A stretch of DNA of 32,000 nt from Candidatus Saccharimonadota bacterium (lineage in GTDB: Archaea; Nanohalarchaeota; Nanosalinia; Nanosalinales; Nanosalinaceae), in assembly GCF_047555085.1 (NCBI RefSeq), contig NZ_CP180230.1, positions 570,001 through 602,000 on the forward strand, written 5' to 3'. The position numbers were made by a program, and so were the translations under genes. The notes beneath the pieces are model-generated. The model was not told the origin of the DNA and made no database searches. It worked only from the letters and a program-made list of their open reading frames with translations. Below are positions 9,562-17,673 of the stretch, one piece after another. How positions within the stretch are numbered: the first letter of the stretch is position 1; every line of letters starts with the position of its first letter.

Positions 9562-11499
9562 TCAGATATCCTTCCTCTTCATCAACTGGGCGTTGAAAGC
9601 CACTATTACAGTGGATAACGACATCACAAGCGCACCAACTGCTGGCTGAAGTGTCAATCCAATCGGTGCTGCAACTCCAGCGGCCAGAGGGATTGCAAAC
9701 GCGTTGTAGCCTGTGGCCCAGAAAAGGTTCTGCACCATCTTGGAGTAGGTCAATTCGCTGATGTTCATGACCTTCACGATACCCATCGGGCTGTCGTTAA
9801 CCAGTACAATGTCGGCTGATTCAACAGCTACATCTGTACCACTGCCGATTGCAACACCTATATCTGCTCTTGTCAATGCAACTGCATCGTTCACTCCGTC
9901 TCCAACCATCATGACTTCTCCGTCTTCCTGGAGTTCTCTGACTTTATCGTCTTTCTCATCTGGTAGCACTTCTGCAAACCAGTTGTCGATTCCCAGTTCT
10001 TCAGCTACTGCAGAGGCCACGTCCTCCGAGTCTCCGGTAATCATGGCAACTTCAACTCCTTTCTCATGCAGCTCTTCAATGGCCTCATAGCTTTCCTCTC
10101 TGATATGATCCCCCAGGGATACAGCGCCGATTACCTCGTCCTTGATCAGGTATACAACGGTACGGCCTTTATCACCTTCTTCCTCCGCAAATTCCTCAAA
10201 GCTGTTCTCTACGCCAAGCTCTTCCAGCATTTTAGGGCCTCCTGCATGGAATGTCTCTCCATCGATATCTGCCTTGACTCCTTTACCTTTGATTGCTTCA
10301 AAGCTGTCTGTCTCGTGAAGTTCAAGGCCTCTGTCCTCTGCTTCCTCTACAATGGCCTGTCCTATAACGTGTTCCGAGTTTTTCTCGATTGAGGCCAGTT
10401 TTGCGAAGTCTTCGTCGCTGATATCGGTTCTCTCAACTTTCTGCTCTCCCTCTGTTAGCGTGCCTGTCTTGTCCAGTGCTACCGTATCTATCTGTCGGGC
10501 CTGTTCAAGAGCTGTTCTCTGCCTGACAACCACTCCGTTGCTGGCGCTCATAGCTGTACTTATCGATACTACAAGAGGTATTGCAAGGCCAAGCGCGTGA
10601 GGACACGCGATAACAAGAACTGTGACTACTCTTTCCAGCGTGGTTATTCCGAGGCCTGTTGCAAGGGTCCATGCGAGGCCTGTAACAAATGCTGATCCCA
10701 GTGCGATGTAGAAAAGCCATCCTGCGGCCTTATCTGCGAGCAGCTGTGTCTCCGTCTTGTCCTCCTGGGCCTCGTCGACCAGCTTCATTATACCTGAGAG
10801 AGCTGTATCTTCGCCTGTCGCTGTAATCTTTACTCTGAGAGCTCCTTCCTTGTTGACAGTTCCTCCAATCACTTCATCTCCTTCTGACTTGCTTACAGGC
10901 TCTGATTCTCCTGTAATCATTGATTCATCGATAGATGAATCGCCTTCAACTACTTCTCCGTCCGCAGGAATCGAGCTGCCAGGCCTTACCAGAACTATGT
11001 CGCCTTCTTCAAGTTCGGAGACCTTTACTTCTTCTGTCTCGTCTCCGTCGACTACTTTCTCCGCTGTATTCGGTACAAGTTTCTTGAGTTCGTCCAGCGC
11101 GGAAGAGGCCTGACGTACAGATCTCATCTCTATCCAGTGGCCGAGTAGCATGATGTCGATCAGTGTTACCAGTTCCCAGAAAAAGCTGGAGGTAGTATTG
11201 AGGAAAAGCGAGGCCATGCTGTATGTGAAGGCCACTATTATTGCCAGCGAGATTAAGGCCATCATACCCGGCTTTCTGTCCTCTAACTCATCCTTGCCCA
11301 TTTTCAGGAATGGAAGGCCTCCGTATGCGAAAATTATTACGGAGAAAACCGGTACTGTCAGGTTGCTGCCATAAAATTCGATCGGTGTATAGTTGAAGAG
11401 GCCTGAGATAAAAGTCGAAAAGTAAAGTACAGGTATAGAAAGTAGCGTGGATACGAAGAATTTTTTCCTGAACATCATCTCGTGGTGTTTGTGGCTCAT
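9562..11499 (-). CDS. copB: Copper-transporting P1B-type ATPase, CopB-like (CPH motif, His-rich N-terminus, no HMA domain)
   Basis: MSHKHHEMM N-terminus, TGESEPV, the transmembrane IACPHALGLAIPLV (CPH), DKTGTLTEG, ITGD and GDGVNDAVAL. Confidence 0.88.
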   Translation of the reverse strand: MSHKHHEMMFRKKFFVSTLLSIPVLYFSTFISGLFNYTPIEFYGSNLTVPVFSVIIFAYGGLPFLKMGKDELEDRKPGMMALISLAIIVAFTYSMASLFLNTTSSFFWELVTLIDIMLLGHWIEMRSVRQASSALDELKKLVPNTAEKVVDGDETEEVKVSELEEGDIVLVRPGSSIPADGEVVEGDSSIDESMITGESEPVSKSEGDEVIGGTVNKEGALRVKITATGEDTALSGIMKLVDEAQEDKTETQLLADKAAGWLFYIALGSAFVTGLAWTLATGLGITTLERVVTVLVIACPHALGLAIPLVVSISTAMSASNGVVVRQRTALEQARQIDTVALDKTGTLTEGEQKVERTDISDEDFAKLASIEKNSEHVIGQAIVEEAEDRGLELHETDSFEAIKGKGVKADIDGETFHAGGPKMLEELGVENSFEEFAEEEGDKGRTVVYLIKDEVIGAVSLGDHIREESYEAIEELHEKGVEVAMITGDSEDVASAVAEELGIDNWFAEVLPDEKDDKVRELQEDGEVMMVGDGVNDAVALTRADIGVAIGSGTDVAVESADIVLVNDSPMGIVKVMNISELTYSKMVQNLFWATGYNAFAIPLAAGVAAPIGLTLQPAVGALVMSLSTVIVAFNAQLMKRKDI

Positions 11500-11561
11500 G
11501 TTCTAGGCCTCCATATTAACTGTCTTTTCTTTATCATTGTTTATTTTGTGGCGTAGCTGAG

Positions 11562-12134
11562 TCATAGTTGATCTTCCTCCTGCCATTCTCGCATCCTCCT
11601 GATCTCTTTTTGCTGTGCTTCAATCATCTGAAGCTGCATCTTTCTAAGCTCTGTGTTCTCTCCTGATCTGTAAAAGTTTTGAGACATCGCAATACCGCCT
11701 TCATGGTGCTCTATCATTAGTGCTGCGAACAACTCGTTGAACTCTGTCCCGTTGATATCCCTCAGCTTCTCCATCTCTTCTCGGGAAGCCATACCAGCCA
11801 TTCTGTGTCCTCTGACAGGCCTTTCATAGCCTAGCTGATTCAGCCATTCCGTCATCTGTCTGTTTTCCTGTGTCTGAGCCTGTGAAATATTTTTCGCAAG
11901 TTCCAGTATATTCTCGTTATCAGTCCTGTTCTCAGCAAGTTCTGCCATATCAATCGCCTGGTCGTGATGGATGATCATCATATTCATGAACATCACATCG
12001 TTCCGATTGAATCCGCTTTGCCCTCTTTCTTCACTTCCGGCCTGAATAAGCACTCCTGCCAAAAACAGCAAGCCTAGTAGTGCGATAGAGGCCTTCCTAA
12101 AATCAAGGTTTTCGATTGAAACCATACGTATCAT
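11562..12134 (-). CDS. DUF305-family protein (four-helix, His-rich; typically copper-associated) with an N-terminal anchor or signal
   Basis: Duplicated DUF305-type motifs MMIIHHDQAIDMAELA and ALMIEHHEGGIAMSQ. It lies directly upstream of copB on the same strand. Confidence 0.8.
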   Translation of the reverse strand: MIRMVSIENLDFRKASIALLGLLFLAGVLIQAGSEERGQSGFNRNDVMFMNMMIIHHDQAIDMAELAENRTDNENILELAKNISQAQTQENRQMTEWLNQLGYERPVRGHRMAGMASREEMEKLRDINGTEFNELFAALMIEHHEGGIAMSQNFYRSGENTELRKMQLQMIEAQQKEIRRMREWQEEDQL

Positions 12135-12203
12135 TATATGATAGGTCTTTTTTAGTCTTTTTCAGGCAAACCAATTTATGAGTTCACAGAAACTTCTAGA
12201 ACT

Positions 12204-12602
12204 GTGGCACGAGAAATCGACCTGTCAAATGTTAACAGAGTATACACACTTCTGCTTCTGAAGTCAGGGCCTAGACACGGCTATGGCATTATCAGTGATA
12301 TTGAAGATATTACCGGGGAGAGGCCTACGACTTCTCACATCTATCCTTTCATTGAGAAGTTGCTGGATAAGGAGATAATTGAAGTAGTGGAGAAGGGTGA
12401 TAGGGGGAAGAAAATCTACGGTCTGACATCTCACGGTGAGGAAATTATTGAACAGCAGCTGGATTCATTCAGCGAGATAATGTACGCTGCGATAGAGGAC
12501 CGGATCGAGGAATGCAGCCACTGCAGCTGCAAGATTTACGAAGGAGGATACGAAGAAGATGGAAAAGTTTACTGCTGTGAGCACTGCGCTAGATCCAAGT
12601 AG
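12204..12602 (+). CDS. PadR-family winged-helix regulator with a C-terminal Cys-rich (TRASH/zinc-ribbon-like) metal-binding tail
   Basis: PadR core: LLLLKSGPRHGYGIISDIE...IYPFIEKLLDKEIIEV...KKIYGLTSHGEE. Tail: ECSHCSCKIYEGGYEEDGKVYCCEHCARSK. GTG start, divergent from DUF305-copB. Confidence 0.75.
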   Translation: MAREIDLSNVNRVYTLLLLKSGPRHGYGIISDIEDITGERPTTSHIYPFIEKLLDKEIIEVVEKGDRGKKIYGLTSHGEEIIEQQLDSFSEIMYAAIEDRIEECSHCSCKIYEGGYEEDGKVYCCEHCARSK

Positions 12603-12612
12603 AGGCTTATAG

Positions 12613-13158
12613 CTAGGTCGCTGTCTCCTCCAGCGCCCTTTCTACATCATCTAAGGACGCGATCTGCTGAAATACTGCATCAGACTCATTTTTCACAGGT
12701 GTTATTCTTACAGTTTGGCCTTTAAGCCGTTCGCGGTACTCTCGCTGTACTTCTGTGGCTTGAGGACTTGAAGCCGGGATTGAACCGAGTATCACATCGT
12801 ATTCCATAGGATTCTCGTGGAACTCCGGATCGAATCTCAGAGTGGTGGAGAAACCTTCTTTATCTGATCGAACCCAGGCATCCAGCTCTGTAGGAATCTT
12901 CGCTGCCTGACCTTCTTCTAGATAAGGGATTAGAACCGCAGGATTCACCGCCAGCACATCATTAGTATTAGGCCAGTGATCTTCAATCTCTGTTAGATAA
13001 TTGCCGTGCATAGTATCCAGAGGCCTGAACTTTGAATCTGCAGTTCGGGTATAGAAATTTCCATCATTGAGTTCCCCGTCATATATACGATCTATAGGAT
13101 CGGTTTCGCCGTTATTTGCAATCCAGATGTAGTCAGGAATCTGCGATTCTTCTGTCAC
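12613..13158 (-). CDS. Hypothetical protein (181 aa)
   Basis: ORF with the local acidic composition. No motif recognised. Confidence 0.45.
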   Translation of the reverse strand: MTEESQIPDYIWIANNGETDPIDRIYDGELNDGNFYTRTADSKFRPLDTMHGNYLTEIEDHWPNTNDVLAVNPAVLIPYLEEGQAAKIPTELDAWVRSDKEGFSTTLRFDPEFHENPMEYDVILGSIPASSPQATEVQREYRERLKGQTVRITPVKNESDAVFQQIASLDDVERALEETAT

Positions 13159-13232
13159 TTTGTCATTTTAGACTATTAGCTTCAAAAAATTTGGCTCCAA
13201 GAAAGACCGTTATCCACAGGATTAGAAATTTT

Positions 13233-13628
13233 CTACTTGAACTCTCTTATCTCCCTGCTTTCACGCAGGATATCGCCTATGTCCTCCATCCTGTCCAGAT
13301 CCACTGTCTGTGGCATATACTTATCCGGAGAGGAAGACTGCGTCCTGACATCGACTACCTCCAGTTCCTGAAGAGCGTTAAGACAAGAGGCCGCTACAGG
13401 AACAGTCATGGGGAAATTATCAGCTACACGTGAAGAAGTAAATGACACCGATTTTTTCTCAGAGAAGTATCTCAAAGCAGACTTCATCAAGTAAAAATTT
13501 CTGGAAAGATAGTCAAAGCTCCTCCCGTTGAAATCCTTCAAGTCCTCGATCTCTCTCCTCAAATCCTTTTCAGCCGAACTCATCTCTACTGCGATAACAA
13601 CAGTTCGAAAGCCGTAGATAAAAAACAT
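13233..13628 (-). CDS. Hypothetical protein, possibly a small winged-helix DNA-binding protein; alternative start at 13583 (MSSAEKD...)
   Basis: The segment SFTSSRVADNFPMTVPVAASCLNALQELEVVDV looks like a helix-turn-helix plus wing. This is a weak, composition-level call. Confidence 0.35.
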   Translation of the reverse strand: MFFIYGFRTVVIAVEMSSAEKDLRREIEDLKDFNGRSFDYLSRNFYLMKSALRYFSEKKSVSFTSSRVADNFPMTVPVAASCLNALQELEVVDVRTQSSSPDKYMPQTVDLDRMEDIGDILRESREIREFK

Positions 13629-13643
13629 ACCGGGAACAGCAAA

Positions 13644-13738
13644 GGCCTCAACACAGGCCTCTGAAAAACAGTTTCAAGGCCTGAAAAATCGTTTGAGGAG
13701 TTTTAACTCCAGAAAATTCTTCCAGAAAATTTCCTGGA
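13644..13738. promoter_or_regulatory. Repeat-rich divergent control region: three AGGCCT copies, a direct repeat TCCAGAAAATT x2, and the inverted repeat TCCAG-N8-CTGGA
   Basis: Read directly. aggcctcaacacaggcctctgaaaaacagtttcaaggcctgaaaaatcgttt spans about 13644-13695. tccagaaaatt occurs at 13708-13718 and 13721-13731. tccagaaaatttcctgga lies at 13721-13738. Confidence 0.35.
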
Positions 13739-13783
13739 TTTTTTACAGATAGGATTATATTCTTGATGCTGGAAGAAATAGCT

Positions 13784-14206
13784 ATGGGAAGACGAATCTA
13801 TTCAGAGGTAGAAACTTTTACAGAGACAACTACTGATTACAGGAAATGTATGTTTCGGATGAAGCAGAAAGATTTCGACTTCCACAACAAAGAAGTGAAA
13901 GCTGTAAAGTTCAAGGGCGGAGTAAAGCACGGATTCATCAAATCCATGATCTGTAAAGCCCTTGACGATGCCGGGCATTACTACGTGACGGAGAAAGAGT
14001 TCGACAACGGAAGAGAGGCCGACATATACGACGCAAGTATCGACACAGTGATAGAAGTTGAGACAGACTGTTCTCCAGGAGACAGGAAGAAGAAACTGGA
14101 TGATTTCGGATCAAGCGTCAAAGAAGTATTTATTATAGATCCTAATAACTGGCCAGATGACTATAAAGAGGCCTACGAGAAGGCAAAGGAAGAATTCTGT
14201 GTCTAG
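13784..14206 (+). CDS. Hypothetical protein with a possible PD-(D/E)xK-like nuclease core
   Basis: I moved the start to the ATG at 13784 (MGRRIYSE...) because attatatt at 13754-13761 then sits at -30..-23, the spacing seen at other genes. EADIYD-x6-IEVE followed by RKKK resembles, but does not strictly match, a restriction-endonuclease-fold motif. Confidence 0.45.
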   Translation: MGRRIYSEVETFTETTTDYRKCMFRMKQKDFDFHNKEVKAVKFKGGVKHGFIKSMICKALDDAGHYYVTEKEFDNGREADIYDASIDTVIEVETDCSPGDRKKKLDDFGSSVKEVFIIDPNNWPDDYKEAYEKAKEEFCV

Positions 14207-14253
14207 AGTAATTCTAGAATAAAAAAGAACAGGAAAATGTGTTTTTGGGCCGT

Positions 14254-14463
14254 TTACTTCATCAGGCCGGCTATAATTGTTGAAGCCACCAGAATTGTGG
14301 CTGAAAGCACTGCAAAGTTGCCATCTGGTGTGTATCCTGCCAGCTGTGCTCCTGTGCTGATCACGAATACTGTCACGAAGAAGGACAGAATCGCGAATAC
14401 AAGCATTACAACTCCAGCTGTGACGTTCTCCACCAGATCGCCGAGTGCTCCTTTTACGCTCAT
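14254..14463 (-). CDS. Small two-TM membrane protein (69 aa)
   Basis: A strong Shine-Dalgarno (gaggtga) lies 4 nt upstream of the ATG on the minus strand. The protein has two hydrophobic helices. Confidence 0.6.
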   Translation of the reverse strand: MSVKGALGDLVENVTAGVVMLVFAILSFFVTVFVISTGAQLAGYTPDGNFAVLSATILVASTIIAGLMK

Positions 14464-14806
14464 AGTTTCACCTCACGGAACTTTTCGTACTGCAGTAACA
14501 TAACTTTTTCGAAAAAAGGCCCGGAATTTCGATTCTGTAGAAATAGAAAAATAACGAGGGTGATGGCTACGTTTTCAGGCCTTCATCTCTCAGCTTCTCA
14601 CTTTCAGGATGCCTGCTGGAGAGGCCGTAACGCGCCATAAGCTCGCTTATTGGATTATCAGGGTTCATCTGCAGTACAGTTATTACCTCTAGAACCCTTG
14701 AAAAGTAACGCAGAACTTTCCGCAGTTCCGCAAAAAAGAAAAAAGAGTTATGAGCCCTCCAAGACCTCCATTTCTATATTTTTCAGAGGTGCTGGAAACT
14801 CACATT

Positions 14807-15838
14807 TTACTCACTTGCTTTGACCATTACCTTGATCGCTTCTCTGTTATCCATGGCCTCGTAGCCTTCCGGCACTCCATCGAGATCCACGGTCTTGTTC
14901 AGGACTGGTGAAGGATCAAGTGTTCCCTGTAGAACATCTTCCATCAGTTCTTCAAGGTATTCTCTGACTGGCGCTGGCCCTCCTTCCAGAGCGACGTTCT
15001 TGTAGAACATTTGCTGGACGAAGTCTCCTGATTCAAGGTGCGGTACTCCTACGTAGCCTATTTTTCCGCCAGGCCTTGCCATCTGTGCTGCCTGCTCAAG
15101 TGAGGAGTCGTTTCCGACGCATTCCAGGATGTGGTTCGCTCCTCCGTTCGTTAGTTCCATGACTTTTTCAACTGCTTCTTCTCCTCTTGCTGCGACTGTA
15201 TCTGTAGCCCCCATTTCTTTCGCGACTTCAAGTCTATCTTCATGATGGCCTACAGCGATTATCCTCTCTGCTCCAAGCCTTTTCGAAGCTGCTACAGCAC
15301 ACAGGCCTACTGCTCCGTCTCCGATGACTACTGCCGTATCACCTGCGCTTACGTCTGCGCATACTGCTGCGTGGTGTCCTGTCCCCATTACATCGGTCAA
15401 TGGGAGTAGTTTTTCCAGTACTTTTTCGTTATCCTTGTATCTTTCCGGTACCTTGACCAGTGTGCCGTCTGCGTGCTCGATCCTCATCTTCTCGGCCTGG
15501 GCACCGCTTTCAAAGAATCCTGCGTTTTTACACGCGGTATGAATCCCTTTCCGGCAGAACTCGCATTCCCCACAGCTCATCGAGAAAGGTGAGATAACTC
15601 TGTCTCCTTCTTCCAGAGAGACTACGTCTTCGCCGACTTCTTCCACGATTCCCATCGGTTCGTGGCCGACTACAGAACCTTCTTCCTCGTCCTGATAGCC
15701 TCTGTAGAACCAGAGATCCGAACCACAGATACAGGTGTGAGTTATTCTAATTATTACGTCTTCAGGGTTTTCGATTTCAGGATCTTCAACTTCCTCAATC
15801 TGGATGTCGCCTTCGCCGTGATAGACTGCTGCTTTCAT
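14807..15838 (-). CDS. Zinc-dependent alcohol/formaldehyde dehydrogenase family (MDR superfamily)
   Basis: CGSDLWFYRG, GHEPMGIVEEVG, structural-zinc cysteines CGECEFC, and the Rossmann motif VIGDGAVG. Confidence 0.9.
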   Translation of the reverse strand: MKAAVYHGEGDIQIEEVEDPEIENPEDVIIRITHTCICGSDLWFYRGYQDEEEGSVVGHEPMGIVEEVGEDVVSLEEGDRVISPFSMSCGECEFCRKGIHTACKNAGFFESGAQAEKMRIEHADGTLVKVPERYKDNEKVLEKLLPLTDVMGTGHHAAVCADVSAGDTAVVIGDGAVGLCAVAASKRLGAERIIAVGHHEDRLEVAKEMGATDTVAARGEEAVEKVMELTNGGANHILECVGNDSSLEQAAQMARPGGKIGYVGVPHLESGDFVQQMFYKNVALEGGPAPVREYLEELMEDVLQGTLDPSPVLNKTVDLDGVPEGYEAMDNREAIKVMVKASE

Positions 15839-15950
15839 ACACTAAACAGGTATTCAGGAAATTGAAAAACAACGAGGTTACTCCAAAGAAACGGGACTTG
15901 TAGTAGACCTGTAATGCCAAAGTCCAAGCTATTTGTGAGGAAGAATTATG

Positions 15951-16022
15951 AGCCCCATCCGAGATTTGAACCCGGGATCTCGTCCTTACCAAGGACGCGC
16001 TCTACCGCTGAGCCAATGGGGC
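15951..16022 (-). tRNA. tRNA-Thr (anticodon GGU), no encoded CCA
   Basis: Hand-folded cloverleaf: acceptor GCCCCAT/ATGGGGC, D arm GCTC-AGCGGTA-GAGC, anticodon arm CGTCC-TTGGTAA-GGACG, T arm CCGGG-TTCAAAT-CTCGG. Confidence 0.9.
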
Positions 16023-16058
16023 CTGAGTTTCTTCTGTCTGAAGAATTACGATAGTGTG

Positions 16059-16087
16059 AGGCCTGGCCGGATATTTTTTCCAGGCCT
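16059..16087. other. Perfect 8-bp inverted repeat AGGCCTGG-N13-CCAGGCCT between rpl40e and tRNA-Thr; possible hairpin (terminator or processing signal)
   Basis: Read directly. The arms are built from two AGGCCT copies and the loop is ccggatatttttt. Confidence 0.3.
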
Positions 16088-16103
16088 CTGAATTAAAAAT
16101 TTT

Positions 16104-16265
16104 TTATCCTGCGAACTGGGAGTTCTTCTTTCTGAGGTCGCTGTATCCGCATTTTCTGCAGCTTGTCTTCTCTGGATTGTCTGTCTTGTTCTTTGCGTTG
16201 CAGCGTCTGCAGATGTATACGTTTTCGAATACTCTTTGTTCAGCTTCCTCAAATCTCTGTGCCAT
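16104..16265 (-). CDS. rpl40e: 50S ribosomal protein L40e (53 aa); missed by the ORF track
   Basis: My translation: MAQRFEEAEQRVFENVYICRRCNAKNKTDNPEKTSCRKCGYSDLRKKNSQFAG. It has the CxxC...CxxC zinc ribbon and an N-terminus typical of archaeal L40e. An AGAGGTG Shine-Dalgarno lies about 10 nt upstream. Confidence 0.85.
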   Translation of the reverse strand: MAQRFEEAEQRVFENVYICRRCNAKNKTDNPEKTSCRKCGYSDLRKKNSQFAG

Positions 16266-16320
16266 AAGTTTTGTACACCTCTATAGGTCTAAACTCGAGG
16301 CCTAGTTTTAAATAAGAAAT

Positions 16321-17673
16321 TTATCTGTCGTAGTTAGAATTTGGCAGATAAATATCGAATGATGGTGGTTTCAGGCCTGGCAGTATCTCGATGTCATGGC
16401 CGCTGGTATCTTTCCTGTCTCTCGAGTTGAATCCTTCAGGTACTGCACCCGGCTTTCTTGCTCCGAACACGTTGCCGTCTTTATCTACTACTTCATCTCC
16501 TCCGAGCTTGTCATATCTTACAAAGATTCTGGTAGGGCCTCCATCCTTGCTTACGTTGAACTCTCCTATTGTTTTAACGATTTTTGTAGGTGAAAGGAGG
16601 CCTTCGGCTTCAAGAGCGTTACATAGCTCTCCAACGATTTTTTCTGTAGTTTTCCTATTTTGATTTACATTATCGCTTGGCGAGTCATCTTGTTTTGGAT
16701 ATATGGTGGCAAGTTTTACAGCTGTCTCCTTTCCCTTGTTCTTCAGGCTTTCAGCGTTTCTTCCAAACTTGTTTTCACTTTCCATACCCTTAAGAACAGG
16801 CATAACTGCTTCTGCCACACGCAGAACTTCGTCCTCGTTTTCTGGATTGACAGCTACGTGAATCTTCCATCCCTGTGAAGCTGTTTTCCCGCTGTGCACC
16901 ATCCAGTTGAACCTTTTACCGCCGCTTTTGTGGACCCAGGCCCAGCGCCCCTTCCAGATGTCTGCACTGTTTTTACTCCAGTCAGGCTCAGTAGTAGGAT
17001 CTTTAGCCACTAACTGCCATGGCTCTGAAAGACTTGAACCTGTATCATCTGAACCATCTGAAGAATCATCAGAGGCCTCCGGAGCGTATTTTTTACTCAG
17101 AATGTTGCTGACTCTCTCCGCACGTTTATGGAGTTCTGTTTCAATTTCATCTTTTTCCAGACCGTGCTCATCCAAAATATCAGTTAAAATGGATTCAAGC
17201 TGCTGAACTTTCTTCCCTTTCCTGTCAAGCTCTTCTATCTTCCTCCCGAGCTCGTTAATCTGTTTCTCCTCCTTTCCTGCGATTTTTCCGAGGCCTGAGT
17301 CCTGAAGGCGTGAGGCGATACTTTCCAGCTCTCTGTCCTCTTCGGAGGCCTTGGATACATCCCGCTCAAGTTTATTTCTCAGATCTGATAGTCTTCTGGC
17401 ATTCCGGATGGAGGCCTCCAGCTGTTTCCCTATCTCCTGCTTTCTGGCGTTCTGTATCTCGGTGAGATAATCTTTCAGGACATCGGCAGAGCTATCAGTT
17501 AAAGAGATTTTAAGACCGTCTATACCGAAATCCACTGAGTCTGGATCTACTTCAAGGCCTTGCTTACTGATTATTACTCTTGCAAGTGAGAATCTTTCAG
17601 AGGCCTCTAAATCACGTTTAGTCGAAGTTATATCGCTTGCCAGGGCCTCCACTGCATCGCTGTAAGAAGTCAT
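16321..17673 (-). CDS. Cluster gene E: N-terminal coiled-coil adaptor plus a C-terminal domain with phospho-Ser/Thr-lyase-like (OspF/SpvC/HopA1/LanL-lyase) motifs
   Basis: 450 aa. The ATG immediately follows the stop of the JAMM gene (GGAGGA-TAA-ATG). Residues 1-190 align without gaps to the JAMM protein N-terminus (about 31% identity over residues 101-170). The C-terminal part has QGWK270-I-H272-V, NK302F and KLATIYP. The coding call is confident; the functional call is about 0.4. Confidence 0.8.
   Translation of the reverse strand: MTSYSDAVEALASDITSTKRDLEASERFSLARVIISKQGLEVDPDSVDFGIDGLKISLTDSSADVLKDYLTEIQNARKQEIGKQLEASIRNARRLSDLRNKLERDVSKASEEDRELESIASRLQDSGLGKIAGKEEKQINELGRKIEELDRKGKKVQQLESILTDILDEHGLEKDEIETELHKRAERVSNILSKKYAPEASDDSSDGSDDTGSSLSEPWQLVAKDPTTEPDWSKNSADIWKGRWAWVHKSGGKRFNWMVHSGKTASQGWKIHVAVNPENEDEVLRVAEAVMPVLKGMESENKFGRNAESLKNKGKETAVKLATIYPKQDDSPSDNVNQNRKTTEKIVGELCNALEAEGLLSPTKIVKTIGEFNVSKDGGPTRIFVRYDKLGGDEVVDKDGNVFGARKPGAVPEGFNSRDRKDTSGHDIEILPGLKPPSFDIYLPNSNYDR

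Noticed and set aside
14504-14806. A 300-bp apparently non-coding gap; looked for an ncRNA (C/D-box sRNA), a pseudogene remnant or a small ORF (a 33-codon minus-strand ORF, MNPDNPISELMARYGLSSRHPESEKLRDEGLKT)
   Set aside because: I found no convincing C (RUGAUGA) and D (CUGA) box pair in the proper arrangement and no stable extended structure by eye. The small ORF has no Shine-Dalgarno or TATA support. The region is left unannotated.
16046-16252. 68-aa minus-strand ORF (MRKLNKEYSKTYTSADAATQ...)
   Set aside because: It overlaps, out of frame, the clearly recognisable L40e gene (16104-16265). Its basic Thr/Gln/Arg-rich composition also does not fit.
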